A stretch of 64,000 nt of DNA from an uncultured Solirubrobacterales bacterium (GTDB lineage Bacteria; Actinomycetota; Thermoleophilia; Solirubrobacterales; JBBDJG01). The notes beneath the pieces are model-generated. The model saw nothing but the letters and a program-made list of their open reading frames with translations, ran no database searches and was not told the DNA's origin. Shown here in pieces: positions 1 through 9,389 of the stretch (positions are counted from its first letter, which is position 1; each line of letters starts with the position of its first letter). Both the position numbers and the translations under genes were made by a program. The DNA lies in contig CAVYJN010000006.1 of the NCBI GenBank assembly GCA_963768885.1, positions 373,258 through 437,257 on the forward strand, written 5' to 3'.

Positions 1-151
1 AGCCGCCGCCGGTCAGGACGGCGGCCTGGCGGGCCGCCTCCTCCGCCGCGGGACTCCCGTCGATGCCGCACAGCACGCGCGCGAAGAGCGGCTCGCTGCC
101 ACCCTCGGGGGCCGGTTGCGGGCGAGACGTCATGCCGCGAGCATCACCCAT
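1..151 (-). CDS. universal stress protein (UspA family), N-terminal part only; the gene continues past the window start
   Basis: Minus-strand translation from ATG 151 (alternative ATG 133) gives MGDARGMTSRPQPAPEGGSEPLFARVLCGIDGSPAAEEAARQAAVL..., a typical USP N-terminus. GGAGG lies about 10 nt upstream of ATG 151. It is absent from the ORF track because the window edge truncates it. Confidence 0.6.
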   Translation of the reverse strand, partial: MGDARGMTSRPQPAPEGGSEPLFARVLCGIDGSPAAEEAARQAAVLTGGG

Positions 152-199
152 CGGATCGCGACCTCCATCCGGAGGGACGTGCAGCGATCATGCGGCGAA

Positions 200-1602
200 C
201 TACGCAGGCGCCTCGATGTCGTGGCCCGCGAGGGCGCGCTCGGTCAGCTCTTCCAGCCGCTGCGAGCAGGAGACCGGGTAGGGCGGGCCGCCGGGCTCGG
301 GCTCCCGCAGGCGTGCGGGGAGCGACTCGAGCTCCGCCGCCGTGCGCTCGCGCATCCGTGCGAGCGGCTCCGCGCCCACCCGCTCGCCGCCGCGCATCAC
401 CGGCACGAGCAGCGGCACGCCCTCGAGCGACTCGCTCGCCGAGGCGATCACGTCGCCTCGCATCTCGCCGTCGACGCGGCGGCGAAAGACCTGCTTGGGG
501 CCCGGCATCGTCGCCTTCGCGGGCGAGCGCTTGAACGCCGAGCGCCAGCGGCCCGGCGTGGGCATGTCGGCGACGAGCTTGTAGACGCCGCCCACGGTCG
601 GCGAGTCGCGGCTCGTGCCGAGGTCGGTGCCCACCCCCCAGAGGTCGATCGGTGCGCCCTTCGCCACCAGCCGGGCGATCTGACGCTCCTCGAGGTCCCC
701 GCTCGCGACGATCTGGGCGTCCCCGAGGCCGGCGTCGTCCAGCAGCTCACGCGCCCCCCGCGCGAGCGCGCCGAGGTCGCCCGAGTCGAGGCGGATGCCC
801 TTCAGGCTGACTCCCGTCGCGCGCGCCGCCGAGATCGCCCGCCGCACGCCCGTGAGCGTGTCGTAGGTGTCCACGAGCATCACCGCGTTGTCCGGCCAGT
901 CCTCCATGAACGCCCGGAACGCGTCCTCCTCGTGCTCGAACGACATCACGTAGGAGTGCGCCATCGTCCCCACCGGGCGCAGCCCGTAGCGCTTCGCGGC
1001 CGCCACGTTCGAGGTGCCGCCGGCCCCCGCCAGCGCGGCCGCGCGGGCGGCCTTCATCGACGCGTCCACGCCGTGGTCGCGCCGGGGGGAGAAGTCGATC
1101 AGCCGGCCCTCGCGGTCCGGGACGCCGCCGCCGATCGCGAGCACGATCCGCGCGCGCCTTGGTCGCGATCGCGGTCTGGAAGTTGATCTGGTTCAGCAGC
1201 AGCGTCTCGACCAGCTGCGCCTCGATGCGGGGAGCCGTGACGCGCACGAGCGGCTCGTTCTGGAAGAACACGGTGCCCTCCGGCATCGCGTCGACGTCGC
1301 CGCGAGAAGCGATAGGCGGCGAGGTAGTCGAGAAACGGCTCGCCGAACCCCTGGGACCTCAGGTACTCGAGCTCCCCGGCGCGGAAGCGCATCTGCTCGA
1401 CCATGGAGAGCGCCGGGCCCAGTCCCGCGGCGACCAGCCATGCGCGATGGGGCGGCAGGTGCCGCACGAACAGCTCGAACACCGCGGGCTCGTTCATGCC
1501 GCGCCGGTGATAGCTGGCGGCCATCGCCAGCTCGTACTGGTCCGTGAGCAGGCTCGTCTCGGCCGGCGTCAGCAGGCCGGGGTCGTCTGCGTCAGGGGCC
1601 AT
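200..1602 (-). pseudogene. pncB: nicotinate phosphoribosyltransferase, reading frame broken twice
   Basis: The protein is spread over three minus-strand frames. They are 1602 to ~1300 (MAPDADDPGLLTPAETSLLTDQYELAMAASY...YLAAYRFS), ~1295 to ~1160 ([44 protein letters not shown]) and ~1150 to 200 ([24 protein letters not shown]...[19 protein letters not shown]...). Both junctions look like single-base indels, one of them in a GCGCGCGCG run. Confidence 0.8.
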
Positions 1603-1623
1603 GCGGCGCCAACATAGCGCCCG

Positions 1624-3954
1624 TCAGCGCGCGTGGTCCAGCAGCACGCGGCGCTCGGCCGCCGCGATCAGCCTGCCGGGTGCGGTCGACGACGTCCATG
1701 TTCACGGAGATCGCGTCGATGCCCGCGCGCACGAGCAGCTCGGCGTACTCGGGGTGCACGGACGGCGCCTGGCCGCAGATCGACGTCTGCAGGCCGAGCT
1801 GCCGCGCCTTCGGGATCAGCTGCTGGAGGTAGGCGGTCACCGCGGGATCGCGCTCGTCGAACACCTCGGCCAGCATCTCCGAGTCGCGGTCCGCGCCCAG
1901 CACCAGCTGCGTGAGGTCGTTGGAGCCGATCGAGATCCCCGCCACGCCGAGCGCCGCGTAGGCCTCGAGGTTGAACAGCACGGACGGCACCTCGGCCATC
2001 ACCCACAGCTCGAATCCGGCGCGCTCGAGCAGCCCGGACTGCGCCATCAGGTCCCGGCAGGCGCGCAGCTCCCTGGTCGAGCGCACGAACGGGAGCATCA
2101 CGTGGAAGTTCGAGTGGCCGGCGTCCCACACGTGCCGCACGGCCTCGAGCTCGAGCGCGAACACCTCCGGCTCCTCGCACGTAGCGGTGTGCGCCGCGGA
2201 AGCCGATCATCGGGTTGGCCTCCTCCGGCTCGAAGCGGTCTCCGCCCTGCAGGCCGCGGAACTCGTTGGTGCGGAAGTCGATCGTCCGATACGTGATCGG
2301 GCGCGGGTCGAACGCGGACGCGAAGGTCGTGAGCGCCTCCGCCATGCGCTCGACGAACTCGTGGCCGCGTCCCTGCTCGAGCAGCAGGCGGGGATGTGCT
2401 CCCCCGAGCGCCTCGATCACCATCAGCTCGGCCCGCAGCAGGCCGACGCCCTCGGCGTCGAGCGCGGCCGCGCGGTCGACCTGCGACGGCTCGGACAGGT
2501 TGACCAGCAGCTTGGTGCCCGTCACCGGCGCGGCGGCCACGGCCGTCGGGGCCGCGGGAGCGGCGGACGGGACGGGTGCTGCGCCCTCGCGCACCACGCT
2601 GTGCGTGGCGTCCACGGTGACCAGCTCGCCGTCGCGCAGCCGGGTGGTGCCCTCGCTCGTGCCGACGAGGCACGGGATGCCGAGCTCGCGCGACACGATC
2701 GCCGCATGACACGTCATGCCGCCCGAGTCGGTGACGATCGCCGCGGCCTTCCGCATCAGCGGAACCCAGTCCGGCGCCGTCATGTGCGTGACGAGCACGT
2801 CGCCCTCGTTCAGCCGTGTGGCGTCGGAGAGCTCGCGGATCACGCGCACGGGGCCGCTCGCGAGGCCGGGCGCCGCGCCCAGGCCCTTGATCAGCTCCGC
2901 GCCCAGCTGGACGCGTCCGTCGGAGCTCCCGTCGCCGCCCGCGGACGTCACCGGCCGCGACTGCAGCATCCAGGCCGTGCCGTCGGGATCGAACGCCCAT
3001 TCGGTGTCCTGGGCGGCGCCGTAGTGCTGCTCGATGCGGCGGCCCAGCTCGGCCAGCTCGGCCACCTCGTCGTCGGTCAGCGTCGGCCGCCGCCCCTCGT
3101 CGCCCTTCAGCATGCGCGTCACGGTGCCGCCGCCGGGCACGGACTCGATCACCAGCTCCTTGCCCTTGATGTCGCGTTCCTTGATGTGCAGGGAGCTCTT
3201 GTCCACCACATAGCGGTCGGGCGACACGCTGCCCGACACGACCGCCTCTCCGAGGCCGAAGGAGCCCTCGATCACCAGCTCTTCGCGGGCGCCGCTCGCG
3301 GGGTTGATCGTGAACATCACGCCCGAGCGCGTCGACTGGATCTGGCGCTGCACGACCACCGCGATGTCGATGTCGGTCTGGCTGAAGCCCTGCTTCGCGC
3401 GGTAGAAGATCGTGCGCGCACCGAACAGCGAGGCCCAGCAGCGGCGCACCGCGTCGGCCACGGAGCCGCCGCCCTTGATGTTCAGGAAGGTCTCGTTCAT
3501 GCCCGCGAACGAGGCCGCCTCGGTGTCCTCCGCGGTCGCGGACGAGCGCACCGCCACCGGTGCCCGGTCCTCGCCCTCGCACACCTTCGCGTAGGCCTTC
3601 ACGATCGCCTTCTCGATCCAGCTCGGCAGCGTCCTGGCCGCGCACCATCTCCTGTGCCTCGGTCGCGCGCTCGTCGAGCTCGGCCGTGTCGTCGACGTCG
3701 AGGTCGTCCAGCAGCGCCGCGAGGCGCTCCCGCAGGTCGGTCTCGTCCACGAAGGCGGCATAGGTCGGCGCTCCGACCACGAAGCCGCCGGGCACCGGCA
3801 CCCCGGCATGCGTCATCTCACCGAGGTTGGCGCCCTTGCCGCCGGCCCAGGGGACGTCGGCGCGGGTGAGGTCGCTGAAGAATCGTGTGGGGGACGCCTT
3901 GGGCCCGGCCGGCGCGGAGCTCTTCTTGGGGGCCTTGACAGGGGTAGTCGCCAT
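1624..3954 (-). pseudogene. ppsA: phosphoenolpyruvate synthase (pyruvate, water dikinase), at least three frameshifts
   Basis: The N-terminus (MATTPVKAPKK...DVPWAGGKGANLGEMTHAGVPVPGGF) is in the frame of ORF 2098..3954. The middle (IEKAIVKAYAKV...RSSATAEDT...TDSGGMTCHAAIVSRELGIPCLVG...) is in the frame of ORF 1668..3809. The C-terminal PEP-utilizer domain (FALELEAVRHVWDAGHSNFHVMLPFV...SIGSNDLTQL...) is in the frame of ORF 1592..2164. The last ~17 aa (LIAAAERRVLLDHAR, stop 1624-1626) are in yet another frame. Junctions are near 3635, 2180 and 1675. Confidence 0.85.
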
Positions 3955-4045
3955 TGGCGCACGCTAACCGCGCTCCGCGAGCGCCGCAATCGGGGCGATT
4001 CCGCGTTCCGGCTGCGTACTTAACCCTGAGCCGGCGCGGGGCCGC

Positions 4046-6772
4046 TCAGACCTGTGGCGAAGGCCCCTCCGGCGGGGCCGCCTCGACCCGCACGCGCGCG
4101 TCGACGATCACGGCTCCCCCGGGGGACACGACGACGGGGTTGCAGTCCATCTCGGCCACCTCGGGGTGCGCCTCGACCATCGCGCTGACCCGCAGCAACA
4201 CGTCCTCGAGCGCCGCCACGTCCGCGCGGGGGGTGCCGCGGAAGCCCTCGAGCAGCGGGAGCGACCGCAGCGAGGCGATCATCGCCCCCGGGTCCCGGTC
4301 GGTCAGCGGGGTGATCCGCACGGCGACGTCCTTCATCACCTCGGCGGTCACGCCGCCGGCGCCGCACGCGATCACGGGCCCGAACAGCGCGTCGTGGGCC
4401 ACGCCGACCAGCATCTCGACGCCGTGCGGGGCCATGCTCTGCACGACGAAGCCGGTCGGCTCGTGTCCGGCCTCGGCGAGCCGGGCCGTCATCGCCTCCG
4501 CCGCCTCGCGCACGGCCTCGGGGCCGGGCAGGTCGACCGCGACGGCGCCGATCTCGGTCTTGTGGACGATGTCCGGCCCGGCGGCCTTGAGCGCGATCGC
4601 GCCCCCGAGCTCGCTCGCCGCGCGCGCCGCGTCGTCGGGCGTGCGGGCCGTCCGGCTCTGCACGAGCGGCAGCCCGTAGCAGCCGAGCAGCCGCTCCACC
4701 TCCTCGGGGGAGAGCCACTCGGCGCTGCGTCCGAGCGCGGAGGCGATCACCGCGCCCGCCTCCTCCGGGCGCAGGTCGTCGAAGTCCGGGATCCGGCCCT
4801 CGGGCGATCCGCGCCACACGCCGTAGTCCACCGTGCGCGCCAGCGCGCGGGCGGCGTCCTCGGGGAACGCGAAGGCGGGGATCGCGCCGTGCTCGGACGT
4901 GAGCTCCGGCGGCTTCCCCTCGCTCGTCATGAACACGGACACGACCGGGAGCGGGCGTCCGAACGAGTCGACCGCCGACCTGATCGCGCGCGCCACGTCC
5001 TCCGTCCGGGTCGCGAGCGGCGGGATGAAGATCGCGACGATCGCGTCCGCGCAGTCGTGGCGGCACAGCACCTCGAGCGCACGGCGGTAGTGCTCGGCCG
5101 GCGCGGTCGCGATCATGTCCAGCGGGTTCGAGAGCGACGCCTCGGCAGGCAGGAACGAGGCCAGCTCCTCGCGTGCGGCGGCCGGCAGCTCGGCCACCTC
5201 GAGCCCGTGTGACTCGCAGGTGTCGGCGCACAGGATCCCCGGGCCGCCCGCGTTGGTCACGATCGCAACGCGCCGGCCGCTGGGCACGGGCTGGTTCGCC
5301 AGCAGGCGGCCGACGTCGAACAGCTCCGCGAGCGTGTCCGTCCTGATCACGCCCGCCTGGTGGAAGAGCGAGTCGACGGTCACGTCCGAAGCCGAGATCA
5401 GGGCGCCCGTGTGCGAGGAAGTCGCGCGCGCCCCTGCGGCGGAGCGCCCGCTCTTGACGGCCACGATCGGCTTCGAGCGCGCCACCCGAGGGGCGATCCG
5501 CGCGAACCTGCGCGGATTTCCGAACGACTCCAGGTAGAGCAGGATCACGCCGGTCTCGTCGTCGGACTCCCAGTACTGGATCAGGTCGTTGCCGGAGATG
5601 TCGGCCTTGTTGCCGACCGACACGAACGACGACAGGCCGAGCCCGAGCGCCTGCGCGTAGTCGATCACGGCGAGGCCGAGGGCGCCGCTCTGGGAGAGGA
5701 ACGCGACGTTGCCGTGGGGCGGGAAGAGCGGCCCGAACATCGCGTCCAGGCGCACTCCGCCGGAGGTGTTCAGGACTCCCAGGCAGTTGGGACCGACGAG
5801 GCGCATGCCGGCCTCGCGGCAGATCGACACCAGCTCGTCCTGGCGCGCCCTGCCCTCGTCTCCGGTCTCGGCGAAGCCCGCGGAGATCACGAGCAGGGCC
5901 GCGACGCCCTTCGCGGCGCACTGCCGCGCGACGTCCGCGACCGCCGGCGCCGGCACCGCGACGACCGCCAGGTCGATGTCGGCGAGGATGTCGCGCACCG
6001 AGGCGAATGCCGGCACGGACTGCACGACCTGCGCGCGCGGGTTGACGGGATACACCGGCCCGTTGAACGCGGTCGCGATCAGGTTGTGGAAGATCTCGCC
6101 GCCCACCGTGCCGCGCTCTCGCGACGCGCCGACCACGGCGACCGACTCCGGCCTCAGGAACTTTCCGACCGCCGCGGTGGCCGCGGTGCGGTCGCGCTCG
6201 TCGAAGCGCTGGAGCGCGTCCTCCGACATCTCGGTCGGGAACTCGATCAGCAGGGAGTCCGGGCTCGAGCGCGTGCGCACCGCGAAGCCGCTCTCGCGGA
6301 ACACCTCCGCCATGCGGTGGTTGTGCGGGAGCACCTCCGCCTCGAACACCGACACCCCGCGCTCCTCGGCCGCCTCGGCGAGGTGGGCGAGCAGGATCGT
6401 GCCGAGCCCGTTGCCCTGGTAGGCGTCGGCGACCTCGAAGGCGACCTCGGCGCGGTCGTCGTCGGGGTCGTCCCGGTTCCACGTCGCGTGGCCGACCACC
6501 GCCTGCCGTGTGCCGCCCAGCGCGAGCAGGCCGAAGCGCAGCTCGTAGTCGACGTCGGCAGCCCACTGCGCCGCCCCTTCGAGGTTCACCCCGAGCGAGA
6601 AGAACCGCAGGCTGCGAGAGTCGGGGGAGAGCCGCTCGAGGAACCGCTTCAGCGCCTCGCGGTCGCCGGGCCGCACGGGGCGGACATGGACCGTCGAGCC
6701 GTCCCGCAGCACGACGTCGGCCTCGCGATGGGCCGGATACGGGGAGCTGGCGCGTGTCGCGTGATCGGGCAC
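4046..6772 (-). CDS. GNAT acetyltransferase fused to an ADP-forming acetyl-CoA synthetase (CoA-binding + ATP-grasp); intact, 908 aa
   Basis: The N-terminal ~190 aa look GNAT-like (EVADAYQGNGLGTILLAHLAEAAEERG). A CoA-binding/succinyl-CoA-ligase-like part follows (PESVAVVGASRERGTVGGEIFHNL...VGPNCLGVLNT...SQSGALG). The C-terminus is ATP-grasp-like (ALKAAGPDIVHKTEIGAVAVDL). Confidence 0.85.
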   Translation of the reverse strand: MPDHATRASSPYPAHREADVVLRDGSTVHVRPVRPGDREALKRFLERLSPDSRSLRFFSLGVNLEGAAQWAADVDYELRFGLLALGGTRQAVVGHATWNRDDPDDDRAEVAFEVADAYQGNGLGTILLAHLAEAAEERGVSVFEAEVLPHNHRMAEVFRESGFAVRTRSSPDSLLIEFPTEMSEDALQRFDERDRTAATAAVGKFLRPESVAVVGASRERGTVGGEIFHNLIATAFNGPVYPVNPRAQVVQSVPAFASVRDILADIDLAVVAVPAPAVADVARQCAAKGVAALLVISAGFAETGDEGRARQDELVSICREAGMRLVGPNCLGVLNTSGGVRLDAMFGPLFPPHGNVAFLSQSGALGLAVIDYAQALGLGLSSFVSVGNKADISGNDLIQYWESDDETGVILLYLESFGNPRRFARIAPRVARSKPIVAVKSGRSAAGARATSSHTGALISASDVTVDSLFHQAGVIRTDTLAELFDVGRLLANQPVPSGRRVAIVTNAGGPGILCADTCESHGLEVAELPAAAREELASFLPAEASLSNPLDMIATAPAEHYRRALEVLCRHDCADAIVAIFIPPLATRTEDVARAIRSAVDSFGRPLPVVSVFMTSEGKPPELTSEHGAIPAFAFPEDAARALARTVDYGVWRGSPEGRIPDFDDLRPEEAGAVIASALGRSAEWLSPEEVERLLGCYGLPLVQSRTARTPDDAARAASELGGAIALKAAGPDIVHKTEIGAVAVDLPGPEAVREAAEAMTARLAEAGHEPTGFVVQSMAPHGVEMLVGVAHDALFGPVIACGAGGVTAEVMKDVAVRITPLTDRDPGAMIASLRSLPLLEGFRGTPRADVAALEDVLLRVSAMVEAHPEVAEMDCNPVVVSPGGAVIVDARVRVEAAPPEGPSPQV

Positions 6773-6834
6773 TGTGGACGGCTGTCGCTCTCCGCGCCAG
6801 CGTAGCGCGCGCCGGCGGCCGTGCCGCGGGCCGG

Positions 6835-7056
6835 CTACTTCGCCGGGCGGGGAGCGCCCTTCACCAAGGACGCGGCGTGGTGTCGCAGCCGCTCGAGGTC
6901 GGCCGTGATCTGGTCGATCGCGGAGCGCGCGCTGCGAAAGCTCTCGGAGACCTCCGAACCCGCCGCGCGCGTGCGCGTGCGGCCGCCCGCGGGCTGCGCG
7001 AGCGCCTTCTTCATCTTCTGCACCGGCCGGTGCGGTTTCTCTTCGGGCTTGCTCAT
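6835..7056 (-). CDS. small hypothetical protein (73 aa, basic/helical)
   Basis: The ORF has a strong SD (GGAGGAGAG) directly upstream of ATG 7056. I recognise no family. Confidence 0.5.
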   Translation of the reverse strand: MSKPEEKPHRPVQKMKKALAQPAGGRTRTRAAGSEVSESFRSARSAIDQITADLERLRHHAASLVKGAPRPAK

Positions 7057-7084
7057 CTCTCCTCCGAGGCGGGGAACGATATCC

Positions 7085-7291
7085 CTATGTGGGTCCCCCG
7101 TGCGGTCCGTGCCGGAGTCGCTCGTTCTCGTCCTCGAGCTGGCGCACGCGCCGGCGCAGCGCCGACAGCGAAGCCTCGATGCCCGCCACCGATCCGCGCG
7201 CGTGGCGCAGCGTCTCGATCATCCTGCGCTGGTCGGGCACGGGCCGCGAGCGCCCCGCCCCGCTTCCCGCCTGCTGATCTGGGTCCGCCAT
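7085..7291 (-). CDS. small hypothetical protein (68 aa, C-terminal coiled-coil-like RRRVRQLEDENERLR)
   Basis: The ORF has SD GGAGG 6 nt upstream of ATG 7291. It is the first gene downstream of the palindromic box at 7367-7382. Confidence 0.5.
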   Translation of the reverse strand: MADPDQQAGSGAGRSRPVPDQRRMIETLRHARGSVAGIEASLSALRRRVRQLEDENERLRHGPHGGPT

Positions 7292-7408
7292 GGGTCACCT
7301 CCGACACTCGATGGCCGCAACCTATGTCCCCGCCGGCGGACCGGCATCGGTGGCTATAGCTGCAACGGCTAAGTACTTCTCCCGGATAGATCGACCCGCG
7401 GGCGATGC

Positions 7409-8671
7409 CTAGTCGGCGAGCGCGCCGGCCATGCCCTTGAGGCCGACGTCCATGAGCTGCCATGCGGTCCCTGCGTGGAAGGGCTCGCCCGCGTTGAAGC
7501 GCATCGGCAGGTAGAAGCCGAGCACCTTCTTCCCCATCCGCCAGAGCGGCGAGACGCCCACCTTGTACTCGCCGTCGGCGTCCGGGCGCACCTCGACCGG
7601 CCGCGACGGATCGCCGGTGACCCGCAGCGGGACCTGCGCGAATGTCGCCTTGTCGAGCATCTCCATCACGCACATGCTGACCGGGTCGAAGGGCTTCGTG
7701 AAGTCGCCGATCCCGATCTGTGAGGCGATGTGATCGGCGCTCGCGTCGGCCTGGAGCATCGCCAGGAACGCCTGCTTGACGGGGAAGTCCCCGGCGTCGC
7801 CGGGGGCGTAGATGTCGGGGTGTCCCCTCACCTGCCGCGTGTCGGGCTCCGTCTCCAGGAAGCCGCGGTCGTCCGAGGGCAGCCCGTCGTAGCGGCAGGC
7901 CGCGACGTAGGGCGGGAACGAGATCAGCTGGTCGAACGGGCGCGTCACGTCGCCCGCGAAGCGGGCCTCGCCGTCCGTCACCTCCGTGACGACCTCGCCG
8001 GTGTGGCCCTCGATGCCGCGCTCGGCGAACTCGCCCACGACGACCTCGTGCAGGCGCGGCCCGAATGCCTGGATGAACGACTGCTCGAAGGTCGAGTAGG
8101 TGATCTTGACCCGCTCGCGCACGCCCTCGCGGCGCAGCCACGTCTCGAGCATGAAGACGATCTCGTAGAGCGGGCCCGCGCACTTGTTGTTCGGGGGCAC
8201 GACGAACAGCACCTCCTGATCGGTCCCGGCGGCCGCACGCGCGCGCAGCGACTGAAGCCGGCGTCCGAGGTCCGTCATGGCCGCGGGCGTCCAGATCGTC
8301 GCGGCGAACTCCGCGAGACCGGGCACCTCCTTGGGGCGCATGTCGGCGCCGGTGCCGATCACGAGGAAGTCGTAGGGGAGGGCGGAGCCGTCCTCGAGGC
8401 CGACCATCCGGCGGTCCGGGTCGACCTCGCGCACGCTTCCCTGCACGAGGTCGATGTGCTGCTTGTAGGTCGGCCGGCGCAGCGGCACGAGAAACGAGTC
8501 GGGGTCTGCCCCGAACGGCACGTAGATGGTGTTCGGCTTGAACAGGAAGGCGTCCCGGTCGGAGACGAGCGTGATGTCGACCTTGCGTCCGGCGCGCATG
8601 CGCAGCAGGAAGGAGGTCTCGAGGCCGGCAAAGCCGCCTCCGAGCACGAGGACACGGGGCACTGAGCTCAT
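7409..8671 (-). CDS. sulfide:quinone oxidoreductase-like FAD-dependent pyridine nucleotide-disulfide oxidoreductase
   Basis: MSSVPRVLVLGGGFAGLETSFLL is a Rossmann GxGxxG start, taken from the internal ATG at 8671 of ORF 7409..8749. It retains a KCAGPLYE segment (Cys-containing, SQR-like) and a PDIYAPGDAG second FAD motif. Confidence 0.8.
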   Translation of the reverse strand: MSSVPRVLVLGGGFAGLETSFLLRMRAGRKVDITLVSDRDAFLFKPNTIYVPFGADPDSFLVPLRRPTYKQHIDLVQGSVREVDPDRRMVGLEDGSALPYDFLVIGTGADMRPKEVPGLAEFAATIWTPAAMTDLGRRLQSLRARAAAGTDQEVLFVVPPNNKCAGPLYEIVFMLETWLRREGVRERVKITYSTFEQSFIQAFGPRLHEVVVGEFAERGIEGHTGEVVTEVTDGEARFAGDVTRPFDQLISFPPYVAACRYDGLPSDDRGFLETEPDTRQVRGHPDIYAPGDAGDFPVKQAFLAMLQADASADHIASQIGIGDFTKPFDPVSMCVMEMLDKATFAQVPLRVTGDPSRPVEVRPDADGEYKVGVSPLWRMGKKVLGFYLPMRFNAGEPFHAGTAWQLMDVGLKGMAGALAD

Positions 8672-8752
8672 GGGCGCAGTCTGCACGCCCGCGCGTCGCC
8701 GGCAATCGGGGTCGACCACGGCTCCTGTTGCGGTCTTCCCGCAATACATCTA

Positions 8753-8778
8753 CACAACCAGATAGTTGTGCTATTGTG
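8753..8778. promoter_or_regulatory. candidate ArsR operator (inverted repeat CACAAC-N6-GTTGTG plus an extra ATTGTG)
   Basis: CACAAC at 8753-8758 and GTTGTG at 8765-8770 form a perfect 6-bp inverted repeat. It sits in the only AT-rich patch of the divergent 8672-8784 region, immediately upstream of the ArsR start at 8785. Confidence 0.3.
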
Positions 8779-8784
8779 CTGTCC

Positions 8785-9132
8785 ATGAACGGTGAGTCGA
8801 TCCCACGCCCCCTTCCCGACGACCTCGTCGAGCTGATCGCGCGGCGCTTCCGCGTGCTGGGGGAGCCGATGCGCATCAAGCTGCTCGACCGGCTGCGCGA
8901 CGGGGCCGCGAGCGTCGCGGAGCTGCAGGAGGCGACCGGCGCCTCGCAGCAGAACATCTCCAAGCATCTCGGCGTGCTGCTCCAGGCAGGCCTCGTCGTA
9001 CGCCGCAAGGAGGGCAACTTCAGCCGCTACGAGATCGCCGACGACTCGGTGTTCGAGTTGTGCGAGCAGGTGTGCGGAGGCTTGCGGCGCCAGCTCGAGG
9101 AGATCGAGGCGCTGCTCGGGGGTGGGGCGTGA
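8785..9132 (+). CDS. ArsR/SmtB-family transcriptional regulator
   Basis: The winged-HTH core is FRVLGEPMRIKLLDRLRDGAASVAELQEATGASQQNISKHLGVLLQAGLVVRRKEGNFSRYEI. The C-terminal helix carries CEQVC. The start is taken at ATG 8785. Confidence 0.85.
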   Translation: MNGESIPRPLPDDLVELIARRFRVLGEPMRIKLLDRLRDGAASVAELQEATGASQQNISKHLGVLLQAGLVVRRKEGNFSRYEIADDSVFELCEQVCGGLRRQLEEIEALLGGGA

Positions 9133-9389
9133 TCCCCGGCCGCGCCTGCGCGCGTGACGCGTCCTGGCCGCTCGAGCGCGTGCTGTTCGCGCTCGCCGGC
9201 ACGATGACCCTTCTGAGCGTGGCGCTCGCCGTGCTGGTGTCGCCGTGGTTCCTGCTCCTGACCGCCTTCGTCGGCGTCAACCAGTGGCTCTACGTGGTGG
9301 TCGGCGCCTGCCCGGCCTCGATCGTGATCAAGCGGACGCTCGGCCTGCGCTCGGCGATCTACGACCGCAGCGCTCGCCCGAGCTCATGA
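9129..9389 (+). CDS. DUF2892 (YgaP-like) small membrane protein
   Basis: GTG 9129 overlaps the ArsR stop (GTGA). The sequence WPLERVLFALAGTMTLLSVALAVLVSPWFLLLTAFVGVNQWLYVVVGACPASIVIKR is the two-TM DUF2892 pattern. Confidence 0.7.
   Translation: MIPGRACARDASWPLERVLFALAGTMTLLSVALAVLVSPWFLLLTAFVGVNQWLYVVVGACPASIVIKRTLGLRSAIYDRSARPSS

Noticed and set aside
116-1186. A long plus-strand ORF (356 aa) and several other 100-350-aa ORFs overlapping pncB
   Set aside because: It is Arg/Ala/Pro-rich low-complexity translation antisense to a clearly recognisable NAPRTase. This is a typical high-GC artefact.
4020-6566. An 848-aa minus ORF and a 481-aa plus ORF (5360..6805) overlapping the GNAT/ACS gene
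   Set aside because: These are out-of-frame or antisense shadows with R/G/P-rich composition and no motifs. The 4046..6772 frame carries all the domain signatures.
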